A stretch of 64,000 nt of DNA from Amoebophrya sp. A120. Lineage: Eukaryota; Protista; Dinoflagellata. The notes under the pieces were generated by a model. The model searched no databases and was not told where the DNA came from. It was given only the letters and a program-made list of their open reading frames with translations. The first letter of the stretch is position 1, and each line of letters begins with the position of its first letter. Made by a program: the position numbers and the translations under genes. The stretch spans positions 2,606,054-2,670,053 of the forward strand of contig CAJINV010000005.1 in assembly GCA_905178155.1 (NCBI GenBank), written 5' to 3'. Positions 52,801-64,000 of this stretch are shown here, piece after piece.

Positions 52801-54598
52801 TCTTTGGGGCCAAACAATTTAGCGGGAAAATAGAACAAATTTAGCGCTTTACACCGCCCCGCCTCGTCCGCCTGAAAGCGGGCCTCTCATGCAGGACAGA
52901 TTGCGACTTCTTTTGGTCATGCAAGACAGACTCCTATTTGTGTCTGTCTTCGTCATGTTGTGCTTGTAGGTGTGAACAGCCTCTCACGCAAGACAGATTT
53001 CTATTTGTCACGTGGCTAGTCCTCGTGAACAGAAACAGATACAGACTTTCGCTTTTATTTGTGATGTCTAACAGCCCCGCAAGAAAAAGAATCAAGCAGC
53101 AATAAACTGTGATGCGCGACCTGTCGCGATGCCATGTAGAGCGCAGTAGTCTTTCACACTGCAGACCGGATAGGATAAAGCTTGAAACTGATGTAGGAGC
53201 AGGAACTGTTGCTATCTACTACCGCGATCATTTTGCCTGGCGTACTGCTGTTGGTTTTCCGATGCAATTAATGCGCGGCTCGAGGAGCAGCCGGCAAAGT
53301 ATGCTAAAAACCAAAGAAATAAAAAAGAGGCGCAGCTTCGACCCGTCGTCTTGAACGGCGCGACGCAGTTGAAGTACTACCACATTGACACGGCGGCACG
53401 GCAGAAATTTTTCCACATGAAGCCGTCGTCGGAGCTTCGGAGCGACTTCTACTACCTGCACCGGGTCGACGATCGCGGTACGCCCGACACCGTAGAACTA
53501 CATGCGAACTACAAGCCCCCAAAAACCCACCCTGCTCATGATCGCATCGTCGGAAAATACGTGGCAATGCCGTGGACCAGCGTCAGCATGTCGAAAGACA
53601 TGGAGGGAGAACAAAAGCTGGCAAAGCGGGAGAAGCGGCTGCTGCGGAGCGCGCGCCTGGACTCGCCGACGAGGCGATCCCGCGAGGAGAAGTGGGGGAA
53701 GGTGTCGCAAGAAGTGCGGATGCCGGAAGTAGCCGCGAACGGCTTGCAGGGCAGGGTTTACGGTATCTGGCAGATCGAACAGAAACAGTGGTGGGGATAC
53801 CTCGAAAACGCAGCTCCCTTCGACCGCAGAAACACGAATCAGGCGAGCAACAACGCGGCGCCAGGAGTAGCAGCTGCAGCCGACATTCAGCCACCAGAAC
53901 TGACGGGCGCGGGCGCGGGTGCGCATGCGAGTGCGGGTGGGCGCGCACATGCGGGCGCGGGCGGGCACGCACATGCGGGTGCGGGCGGGCGCGAGCATGC
54001 GCACGCGGACGTACAGGCGCGCGCACGTGTGGGCGCAGACACGCGCGGGCACGCAGGCGGGCGTGCGCATGCAAGCGCGGGCACAGACGCGGGCGTGCAG
54101 GCGCAGGCGAGCGCACCCGCGGGCGCGGGCGCGGACGCACGAGCGGGCGCACGCGCAGGTACGGGCGCACAGGAGCGTGTGCGGGTGCAGCGCGCGGGAG
54201 AAGATGGAAATAATGCGCAGATGGGCGTGCGCGATGAGCAGGAGGCTTCTGATCACGAAGATTCCAAAGCGGAGGGCGCGGACGAAAGCGGACCACAAGA
54301 AGGAAGTAAGAAAGGGAAAACCATCGTGAAGAAGAAGTACTTCGTGGCGAAGACAAGACAGGAGTTCGTGAAAAGGATGGTGCAGTTTGAACAAGGAAAA
54401 GACGCTGCTCCGGCGGATGCCTCCCCGGAAGAAGAAGTAGCCGCGAGCGCGTCGCTTGCGCAATACGTGAAGGAAAACAAACAATTCGAGAAGAGGCAGA
54501 AGGGCTTGGACATAGAAGTCGAAACCGATGAGGAGAGTACTTTTGAAGCTTCCGACGACTCTTCTGACTTCGCCTCCTCCAGCGACGGCGGGGATTGA
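46858..54598 (+). CDS. Large spliced hAT-like DDE transposase; last exon join uncertain
   Basis: Exons 46858-48685, 48896-50813, 51177-~51642 are in frame (1,404 codons); a probable last exon is 53336-54598, or the gene stops at 51750. Motifs in order: ISPD (D 49237), VTSDSASDVKKA (D 49498), CQLH (49618), TRWLS (49993), ASSQIAESLNS (E 50704). Confidence 0.75.
50814..51171. mobile_element. Introner-like TIR element E8 inside the transposase CDS, TSD GATCT
   Basis: TATGCAATGAAAAA...CATGAGCATCGCACTTGTG vs revcomp TATACATTTCAAAAAA...CATGAGCATCGCACTAGTG; GATCT at 50809-13 and 51172-76; removal gives GRD-LDFEQFLF. Three internal copies of ATC(A/G)TTTGTCATGCTGAAAA (51005-51087). Confidence 0.9.
51784..52874. 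mobile_element. Non-autonomous hAT-type element (MITE), 1,091 bp
   Basis: Ends CAGGCGGACG...CGTCCGCCTG with imperfect ~60-bp TIRs; flanks AAAGCGGT (51776-83) and AAAGCGGG (52875-82) match 7/8; inverted 12-bp tandem arrays at the centre. Confidence 0.85.
53905..54195 (+). repeat. GCGGGC/GCGCAC degenerate repeat encoding an Ala-Gly-His-rich tract
   Basis: Hexamer-like repeats in ORF 53351-54598 (AGAGAHA...). Confidence 0.8.
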
Positions 54599-56060
54599 GA
54601 TCAAAGAAAAGAAAAAGGCTAAATAGTGCCAGAGTAGAGAATAAAAGTTAGTACTATTCTTTTCTTGGTGCTAGTCTCAGCGTTTACGCTTCGCGTCATG
54701 AACTTTGTCTATACCTTTGGCTGGAAGCTTGCGTTGATGTTGATCATAGTTTGAATATTTAAATATAAACTTTTATTTCTAATACTAAAACTAATTCTAT
54801 TTTTATTTGGATTTGCGTTTGCCACTGGCATTGGGCATTGGCATTGCGATTACCATCGTCGTCGTGCTTGACTTTTTGATTGCCTTTCCTTGAAGCTAGC
54901 AGTGAGCTTCGTCGGAAGGTGAAACTCATATACGCATGTTCATAAAAGTTTGATTTTAGGTATTGCATCTACATCTTGATCTGCGTTGTCACTTTCATCA
55001 GTTTTTCTTTTTGTTTTTCCGCTTGCAGTTGCGGCTTCAAGCGCAGCCTAAGCGTGTATCTACATCATCGAATTATCAACAATACCAATAGCATTAGCAT
55101 TATCATACTCACCACCACGCTGCTGTTTTCCGTTTTGTTTTTGAGCTTTTTGTATACAAAGGAAAAGAGTGTAAAAGTGCTTGCCAATTCTAGATCTTAT
55201 TGCAATCAGAGGCAAAAAAAAAACTCTCATTCTAATATCAAACCCCCAGCGCCGCGTCAGTTGAGTTCGAGCGGTAGTTACAGGAGCACGACGCGGCAGC
55301 TTCTTATCCATTAAAATTGTGAGCGTCGCTGGCGTTTTCAATTCTAATATCACAATATAAAACTAAAAGCTCAGGCTCACACATTCGCATGCGCATCCTA
55401 ATGAGCATCACACATTTCTAATTCTAATGACGCGACGAAAAACACAGCTATCACTTGTTAGAGATTGCACTTATTTCCCATCTAGTTGTGGGCGTCGTTG
55501 TGCTTGCGCTACTACTAGAGGCTGCGAGTCCGCTTCTATTCAGTGCTTTTTCGAACCTTAAACGCAATGCAGAAAAGTTTGATAATGATAAAAAATACCC
55601 TGTCGCGACCACCCTGCTGTGACAAAATTAATCTCTTCAAGAAAAGAAAGTGACAAACTCCACTAGATTTTGCTGTATGTTTTTTCCTTTCATGCGTGAC
55701 AAGTGGTTGTTTGGAAAGCACAGAAGTATTGCGAAATCAGAAGAAAATAGCCTATGTTGACTGTGTATAGTAGCACCACTGCGCAAAAAATCAAACAAAA
55801 TATGTTGTAGTGGATTGTGCGCGGCATTGATTTTTAGCTATTTGTATTGCGTAAAGTGATGAGCTTGTGCCTGTGGCTGCGCGCAAAATCACCGCGAAAA
55901 GTGTTGAAGCAGATACCGGCGCTCACTGATCACGGACTCGTCAAGAAGCATTTCTACGAAGATCGAGGGTCGTTCTGGTCGAAGATCTTGAGGCTCGCAT
56001 CATCCAAATCGTCGTCTTTTTCATTGATTTTACGTTGTGCGCAACCTCTTCGGCGATGAG

Positions 56061-56213
56061 TCCAAAAGTGGCGATTTTCAATTTAATTGATTTGCTAGTG
56101 CTCTCGAGCACTATGATAGGAGACCAGGTCTTCTAGTCTAGTGATGATGACTATGTATGCTAGTGACCAAAAGCACTAGGAAATCAATTAAATTGAAAAT
56201 CGCCATTTTTGGA
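56061..56213. repeat. 153-bp MITE-like hairpin with 42-bp inverted arms
   Basis: TCCAAAAGTGGCGATTTTCAATTTAATTGATTTGCTAGTGCT (56061-56102) vs 56172-56213, 2 mismatches; no TSD seen. Confidence 0.8.
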
Positions 56214-56323
56214 TCATTGCGTTTTGTGCTCAAAATTGATGTTTTTGTCTGGTTCATGACACATTTTCACAATCAAATCCAATAGGAAAGTTGAGAGATT
56301 TAGCGAAAAACAACTGAGAAAAG

Positions 56324-59300
56324 ATGAGTTTGTCCACTCTCCGGCACTTCAGCCGGCCCTCTGATGAGGAATGCCAGTCATTCCTCAACCTGGTTGACGC
56401 TGGGGAGGCAGGCGTCCCAGAGGCCGATCGTCTTTTGATGCGTTTTGCCAAAAACGGATATGATCCCGCTGATCCGGCGCGCAGCATCGAAAAGCTGAAG
56501 AAGCATCATGTCCAGAAATCCGGCCGCCACGACTGCAGCCGTCCGATTGTCCCCGACAACCTCGCCGTCATGCGGACCGCAGTCAAGGAGCGCGGGAAGG
56601 CGAACGGGTTGGATGGATCGAAGACGCGTGCCATATTTTTTTCTTCTAGTTAGCGCATTATAAGTATACTCTCAACCTCAAAAGCAACATCATTCACAAG
56701 AAAAAAGCTTGCGCGCAATCATATTCGTACGTGAAAAGCATGCTCGTGCGCTTGCGTTTTGATCTTTGTGTCATTCCCAAAAGCAGCACACTGAGCTGTC
56801 AAATCGTGCAAAATTCAACAACTTTTGTCGTACATGCATACACTTTTCGTTCACAAATCGTCTGATAAATCTTGTGTCATAGAAGCATGCTTTCGATTTC
56901 ATACACACAAATACACATGTATACTCATGCATCAAATTCAAATAGAAATACTAAGATCTACACTTTCCCAGGTTTAATGGCCGTCGATTACTCCGGTGCG
57001 CACCAGGTCGGAAAAAGCTATGCCTATAGTTTTATTCATGGGGGACATACCTGCCTCGCATTCGAGTTAGAGGGCGTCGACCCGGAGCCCTTCAATGTCG
57101 AGATTGTACTACTCTCGCCGGAAGTGGACCGCCGTCCGGAGTTGATCCGCAAATACGTACTCTTGAAGAATAACACCCCCGAAGGTATGTGTAGCGGGTG
57201 GGTGGAAGCCTGTACTTTGGCGGGGGAGGTATTGAAAATTTTTTTTGTTCCAGTATTCATCTTAGTATGCGAAACCACGAGCCATGTCTTAGTCTTCACA
57301 ACAAGCTTTCAATTTTTATCCAAGCGTGTAAGTGTAGCCATAGTGTCACCCACATAAACAAAGCTATGCTCGTTTTCGTTTCATTCTCTGCTGTATCATT
57401 AGCATTAAAATCAACAAACACAAATCATGATCGACACGGACATAGCATGAAAATCAAAATCATAATGATGCACTACGTAAAAAGTACAGAGCTGGCCCCT
57501 GTGCCAGCAGTACCGCGATACGATGGCCAAGTCCGGCCGCGTCCCGGCCGAGTTCCATGCGTGGATCGAGCTGCTTGCGGGCCCGAAATGGAAGGGACAG
57601 CTGCAATCGTATGGGAAGCATGCCGTGACCATGTTTAGTCGTGGTGTTGTCCATGAGTACACCCATTTTGGCCAGGCGGTCAACTCGCAGGTCCCCCGTC
57701 CGAAGCACAACGACCTGCGTTTAAAATTCTTCTCGTTCACAAACGTAAGCGCTTTTTGTTGTGGATTTGTATTTGTGCGTTGAAGCTCAAACTTCATTAC
57801 AGCAAATCACGTTTCCCACTCTTCTAGTTCTACAGCTTCTATTTGTATTGCTATTCTTCAAATATTTGCTGAGATCATGCACTGGCGTTGTAGATTTAAC
57901 TTGGAGTAGGACAAAATGTATGTAGGTCGTAAGTTTTTCTTTTTGACTTTTGAATTTGAATACATTAAAGCAAAACCAACTCTCAAACCCAACACAGAAT
58001 GTGCTGGCGTCGATCAACCCGTACACGGACTCCCCCATTACGCCCGGTAGCTTGCAGCTTGACATGCACTACGCCGTGAGGACCATTTGCGGCTACGCTT
58101 CTGGTTGCCAAGCTGACCAGGTCCAATTCACCGAGAGCGAGGACATCATCCTGCAGAACTTATGCTCTGTAAAAGTATCGCCCTCAAACTCAAGGCAAAA
58201 GTTTTTGAAACTAACAGCGCATCAGAGATATTGATATTCTAATTTTTATCTTTCGCTTTTGTTCCCCCTTTTCAGAAGGGGGAGGACAAGGTGTCGAGCT
58301 CGAAGTTGCTGTATGCATTACAAATGTGATTGTCAGTCTTTGCGTGCATTACAAATATGAGCTTGCGTTTCGTTTTTGCAGTAAGAGTTAAAATTTAAAT
58401 TTAAAGTTAAACTTGAGCCATAATCTGTCATGCAATAGTACGAGGGCGATGCTTTTATGTTTCATAAGACTTGATCAAAAGCAACATCCCGCCGCAGAAA
58501 ATTCCGGATCGTTCCGCCGAGTCCAAAAAGTGCCGCCAGCAGAGCGAGATGGAGATGATCACCCCCATCAAAGAGCGGAACATCAAGAGCAGCATCGTGT
58601 CGCTCTTCCGGGCGATGAAAAAGGTGAAGGAATTTTATGCCAGCAAGAAGGACACCGGCCTCAGCGAAGCGACCGACATCGCGGAAGCGGCCGCGTTGGA
58701 GAAGAAGGCGAGTCCGGCGTTCTGGGGTTTGAAGTACGACGGTGCCTGGAAACTGGCCAAGGAGTTCAAGCGCACGAAGCAACAGCAGGACGATGAGCAG
58801 TTCTTGTTGAACAACATCGCAGCCATGATCAAGACCAAGTACAAGTTCGTTGCCGGGAACCTGGGATCTCAGGTCCAGGTCCATGTGGTCCCGTTCGACA
58901 AGGAAGTTCCGAAATCCACCATGATGGAGAGGCGCATGTACGTGAAAGGAAGCAAAGGCGAAAAGCTTTTCGTCCACCAGTTGAAGAACGCCTGCCCGAG
59001 CGACCACATCGAGCGGCTGACGGAGTGCGTCGAGGAAGGGTCGCTGCTGCTCCCCCTCGTCGCCACGACCGCCGACCCGACGATGGAAATTGGCTGCTTC
59101 GAGATCGACGAAAGCGTGGACGTGGCGCTGAACTGGAAAGGAAAAGCCGCCGCGGCTGCCGCGAACAACAACAAGCCGGGCGGGAAGAGGAAAGGTAAAG
59201 CCGCTGGTAAGGCGGAGGCGAAGGCTGGTGCCCCAGCTCCGGCGGAGGCGAAGGCTGGTGCCCCGGCAGCTTCGTCTGCGGTTGCGGCCGCCGCTCCGGC

Positions 59301-60822
59301 CCCGGCTGCCGGTGCCAACGGATCTTCGAGTGGAGCGAGCAATGTATTCTTTGATACGAGTTTCAAATCGCAGTTGCAACTTGAATCCGAGTAACAGTAA
59401 AAGTAAACGAAAATGTCAAAGAGATATTAAGATTTTAGATTTAGTTTAAAAGTAAAACCGCGGAGGTGGAAGTCAGCTTGTTGAAGCTGTAGGGAAAAAA
59501 TAGGCGCGTGCGCGCGCGCACGCACACAGACATGTGCGCGCGCGAGCACGTGCGCGTGCGCACGCGTGTATATGCGTGCGCATGCGGGCGTGCGCACGTG
59601 TGCGCGCGCACGTGTGCGTGCGCACGTGTGCGTGCGCACGTGTGCATGCGTGCGTGTGCACGTGTGCGTGCGCACGTGTGCATGCGTGCGTGCGCACGTG
59701 TGCGTGTGCATGCGTGCGTGCGCACGTGTGCGTGCGCACGGGTGCGTGCGCACGGGCGCGTGCGCACGTGTGCGTGCGCACGTGTGCGTGCGCACGGGTG
59801 CGCGCCCGCACACATGCATGCGCGCGCACATACACGCGCGGGCGCGGGCGCACACTCTTGCACATTGAAAACTTGAATCGAGTTCAGATCTACCTTCGCC
59901 CTTCCACTTCTACGTTTACAGTGAGTGCTCAGATTGAGCTTGATTTCGAATTTGGATTTGACTTTGGTACCAAAGTCAAAATACAAAACGCAACTACCGA
60001 TGTAATAAAACTGAAATTAAAAACCCCTCCCAGATACAGGCCGCCCCGGTTCTGCTGCCGGAGCCGATCCCGGAGAACCAGCTGGGCTTGGAGATCGAGA
60101 CCGAGCAGGAGAAGCGCAACCGTGAAGCCAACAAGGCGAGGCTGGAAAAGGACCCCAAGAAGTGCTGTCTCGAATACTTATCGGACAAAAACTGTCAACC
60201 GTTGCGCTGGTGTATGTGCATTCCGTCCCAGTACAGTCACCTCTCCGACCAGGAACTCGATAAGCGTCGCGAGTTACTCAACAAGTTGAGAATTTTAGTG
60301 AAACCAGATGAAGAAATGTATGACGCACACACGATTGATGAGATGGTGGACTTCCAGTGCGACAAGCTCTTCTACAACGCCGGTGAGCGGCGCTTCAGCG
60401 GAGACTGGACCTTTCCCGTCGGCGACGGGCATCAGCTGTCGCTCTCGTACTTTAATTTGATGATGATCTGACTCTGACTGTAAATCTAAAAGTAAAACCA
60501 AAAAGTAAAGAGTTTTAGTTTTTTGAAAATCGACACTGGAGTTTCAATTTCATGCATGGCAGAGTATGAGTGAGATTCTCAGAATGAGGCTTCGACTTGA
60601 AATTGACATCAAAAATAAATCAGGCATGTGAAGTACTACTGGAAAGTCTGTGACCCCGCCAAATGTGACCGCGCCAAAGCCATTTTTTGGCGGGTCATAG
60701 AGGAGAAGATGCCGTGCTCCGCGGAGAAGAACGCCCCGATGAAGACCACCTCGTTCGTGATCCCGGTGATGTCCGGGGTCAAGGCCCTCGGCAACGCAAA
60801 AAAACAGAAATCCCGCTGCTGA
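56324..60822 (+). CDS. Multi-exon hypothetical protein (~8 exons)
   Basis: GC-rich exons 56324-56627, 56972-57184, 57485-57744, 57998-~58170, 58276-~58311, ~58469-59343, 60034-60446, 60624-60822 separated by AT-rich GT-AG introns. The 58311/58469 junction is unresolved; no family recognised. Confidence 0.65.
59505..59855. repeat. Intronic alternating purine-pyrimidine satellite (unit ~TGCGTGCGCACGTG)
   Basis: ~350 bp of GT/GC/AC alternation in intron 59344-60033. Confidence 0.9.
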
Positions 60823-63800
60823 TTCTCTTCGTGCGAAAAAAAAGGAAAAAGTAAAAGAGGTGAAAGAAAAGAAAAAGTAAAAGAGAAGAAGAAGAAGAGG
60901 AGGAAGTGCTTTTTTATTTGATTGATTTTGTGTTTGTTATTCTAATTCTTATTTGATTATGATTTTCATTTTGATCTCTATTTGAGTTTTGACTTTGAGT
61001 TTGTAATTGTATTTGTTGCCTTCTTGCTACTTGCTGCTTCAGCAGCATGGTTCTTTCTCAGTAGTGCTACTTCGGCCGTGAATGAGAGTTGAGATTACTG
61101 ATAGAACTAGAAGAGTAGGGATAGACTGAAATGACACGCAGTATCAAAATGGTAGTACGCAACCAATGCAAACGTCCATACCTCCAACAAAAAAAAACTC
61201 AGGCTTTTTGCTAGTCCGCTGCTCCGGGCAAGGGCTACTGTTTCGCGAAGCTGTATTTCAAGTCACAAGACCTCCGAGTCCGAGAACCAGCGCCAACTTG
61301 TTGTCCAACCTGTTGTAGTGAGGAGCTCCAATGTGGCAAAGACAAAGCGCGACTGAATGCGAAAACTGTTTTGTACTACGATTGTTTCACTTTTCCTTTC
61401 GTATTTGTTCTAGTTTCGGTTTCCCTTTCCAAGAAAAAGAAAACAAGAATAACGTCCCTGCGAATCCGCATAGAGGTAGACCTCCTTCTAGAATTAAACG
61501 CAGAAGCAAAAGTACAGCGAAAATTAGAATTACAGCGTGACTACAGCTTTGACCTCGGCAATTGCCACGAAGAATATCTCGCTCTTCAGATTCTGTGCCC
61601 TCGGATATTACGTACAACGATAGTAGGCCACCCCTATGCTTACTCATCTGATAACGTAATAGATTTTCGGCTCGTTCGTCCTGTGCCTGTAGTCCTTTCG
61701 TGCTGCGTGTCGTAGACGTAGACGCGGGCCTGCAGTATGTTCGTAACCGTTTCCGTAGTCATATGAAAAAGCACGCGTGCAGTTCTAACTCCGTGTTGAA
61801 CTACAACTATCTTTGTTGTTTCATGCCGCACTAGTCGTACAACAACAACTAGAGCTACTACTTTTGGTCTTCCGTTTCGTGTCCATTTCCACCCTGCTTC
61901 TAGATGAGACGCATCGCAACTAGATCGGGCGGATGGAGAGACGTCGGATAGATAGAGCCTTGCGATGAAACAGAGCTTTTTTTGTCACTACAATTATTTG
62001 TGTTGCTGTTTTCCTTTTCGGTTTCGCTTCATGTTCTTGCTTCACTTTACACTTCGACAGACGTAGCCTGCAGAAGAGTAAGAAAAACTAAAACAAAGAA
62101 ATCGAAGAAGAGAACAAGTAAGATGTTTCCGTCTGAGCTTGCACTTATCTGGAGCTACATTTGGGTTTCGCTTCTTTAGTTCGACGTGCATCAAAATTTC
62201 TACAATTTCAGAAGTCTCCGCGTCGTGATCAAAACGCCTGCGAGCGCATCCTTTAGCTTGTGCGCTGTGCTGTCTGTAGTGGCCAGAAAGTAGAAGATCG
62301 CACTCCCTGCCACTACTGCTACTAATGTTTTTCTTCTTGTTTTTGGCAAAAACGAAATCGAAACTTGCCGGCACTGTTTCTTACTTCAGGATAGTAGTTT
62401 GCTCGTGTTTTATGTCGGTCGTCCTGGTCGCGCAATGTTGCAAATCCGCCGGAGCTGCAGCGTTGTTGGACCTAGGCCAATTGTGATTATTTCTACCTCC
62501 ACACGTATAATAACAAGCTCAAGTAGAAGTGCCAGAAATCGAAGCTGTTTTCTTTTTTCTTTCGACTGGAAGATAGCAAGAAAGTAATTTCCGCCACAAC
62601 CGAAAGCAGAGCTTGTTTGCCTTCGAGTGGAAGCACGTATCTCTTCCGTAGAATAAAAGAACTCAGCTTCGAATCACTTCATGGTTGTTGTGTCGCGCGT
62701 ATCTGCAGCTACTTCCTTCCGGTCGTATTGCAGTGCCGCGATTTTACGTATCTCTGCACAGTTAGCTGCCTGCTTGAATGTAGCAGCGAAAATTTCGATC
62801 TCTACACATAGACTACCCAGCTTTAAAATTAAAAATAGCGTTGAAATTATCACATTCTTTTTTCGGCCAACGCGAAGTTGTCGCTTGCCCCCATCTAATC
62901 ATGCGGCATTGCTGCGTCTCCGTTTCTGAGCCAGCATAAACATCAACATTTCGCTGACTGGCATCAAGGTCTCACCTGTCCGGTGCGGTCCTTTTTGCAC
63001 TTTCGGCAGCAACGTTTCGTTACCTAGTCCTGCTTGTATGTTGCTCGCATGCTACGCGGCATCCGCATTCCAAGAAACAGAGCCAGCACTTGAGCTACAG
63101 TGTGAACATCTGCCCCCGTTGAAATGAATTCGGGCGCATTGGCAGTGCTAACTCTAAGACGCGAGCAAATACAGCGTTTCTACAGTGACTATGCTTCTAC
63201 TTCATGCGTGATCCGATTTTGATTTTCATAATCGCTTCGCTTGAGTACATGCGTTAGCGCCAGTAGTCGCGGCAGTGTGGGAGATATTGCGCGCTGGTCT
63301 CCACCTGGATCGCGATCCATGGTGAGGCCGTCACGTTGCGTTGATGTCGCAATCTCACCGAAGTGCAGTAGGATAAGGTGACGCTAACAATTATACTAGC
63401 ACTACCCTAGACGTTGACGCTTTCGACTATCAAAGAATAACAAATGCTCCCCCGCGTTTTAGATACCACTCTGACACTTGTGTGCCACGCTGCGAGTGGT
63501 GTTGATGAATGGAAGCTGAGTCTGAAACTGATTTCGAATTGCACTACCCGAGCAAACGTTTCTTATTGCACAGAATGCGCGAGCGTCTGTGTCTGTAAAA
63601 ATGCATCTCCTTGTGAATCAAAATCAAAAACAGAAAACAGCTGCTCGCTGCGAACGAGGCAGCAGACTGAATAGAATGCGTTAAGGGTGGCGGTCGCCCC
63701 CCTAAGATGTTCCAACTCGGGCGCATCTCCCTGCGTTGTCCTTGAGCCACATATCGTGAGCCTCAGCTTCACGCTCGCAGAGAAAGGCAAGCGCAAAAGT

Positions 63801-64000
63801 GAAGCAGAGTGATCGATTAGTGTGAGCGCTCTGAGGGAGTTGGGCGCTTCTTGCACTTGAGGGCTCCAAGGCTTTTGTGTTTTAGTATTTATGATTGTGC
63901 TTTTCATTTTCGTTTGCCTTTTTGTGGATATGAGTATGTGTACGACTATGAGGGTGAGGCGCGTTTTAGTTCCAGTGGGATTTACTTTTGGCTTTTGGAC

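Noticed and set aside
56201-56218. GCCATTTTTGGATCA resembling the dinoflagellate spliced leader (GCCATTTTGGCTCAAG)
   Set aside because: Partial match with an indel and mismatches, and it is part of an inverted-repeat arm.
58312-58466. TATG...CATA segment as a ninth introner
   Set aside because: Flanks TGCTG and AGACT do not match and the arms barely pair; left as an unresolved junction.
59427-60289. Many overlapping Arg/Ala/His/Cys-rich ORFs
   Set aside because: Artefacts of a stop-free satellite inside an intron.

Overview
Eukaryotic, intron-containing DNA, most likely from an Amoebophrya-like (Syndiniales) alveolate. This is inferred from strictly one-strand gene order, alveolate-type eL41 and non-canonical TIR introns. 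All 14 gene models I can build lie on the + strand: a RanBP9/10-like SPRY-LisH-CTLH-CRA gene, a TBC1D23-like gene, an 11-exon DIxGAxP-repeat gene, two tandem spliced RPL41 copies missed by the ORF track, a NUDCD2-like gene, a secreted PAN/apple-like protein, a ~2,680-aa HAD + TTL-like ATP-grasp + glycosyltransferase-like fusion, a large spliced hAT-like DDE transposase and several hypothetical genes. The main signal is eight 123-358 bp elements with TAT(G/A)...(C/G/T)ATA terminal inverted repeats and exact 5-bp target-site duplications. All sit in coding exons and each restores the reading frame when removed with one duplication copy, seven of them without GT-AG ends (introner-like). One of them interrupts the transposase gene itself, which is also followed by, or contains in an intron, a 1.1-kb hAT-type MITE with an 8-bp TSD. 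Splice models were read by eye and need RNA-seq confirmation.
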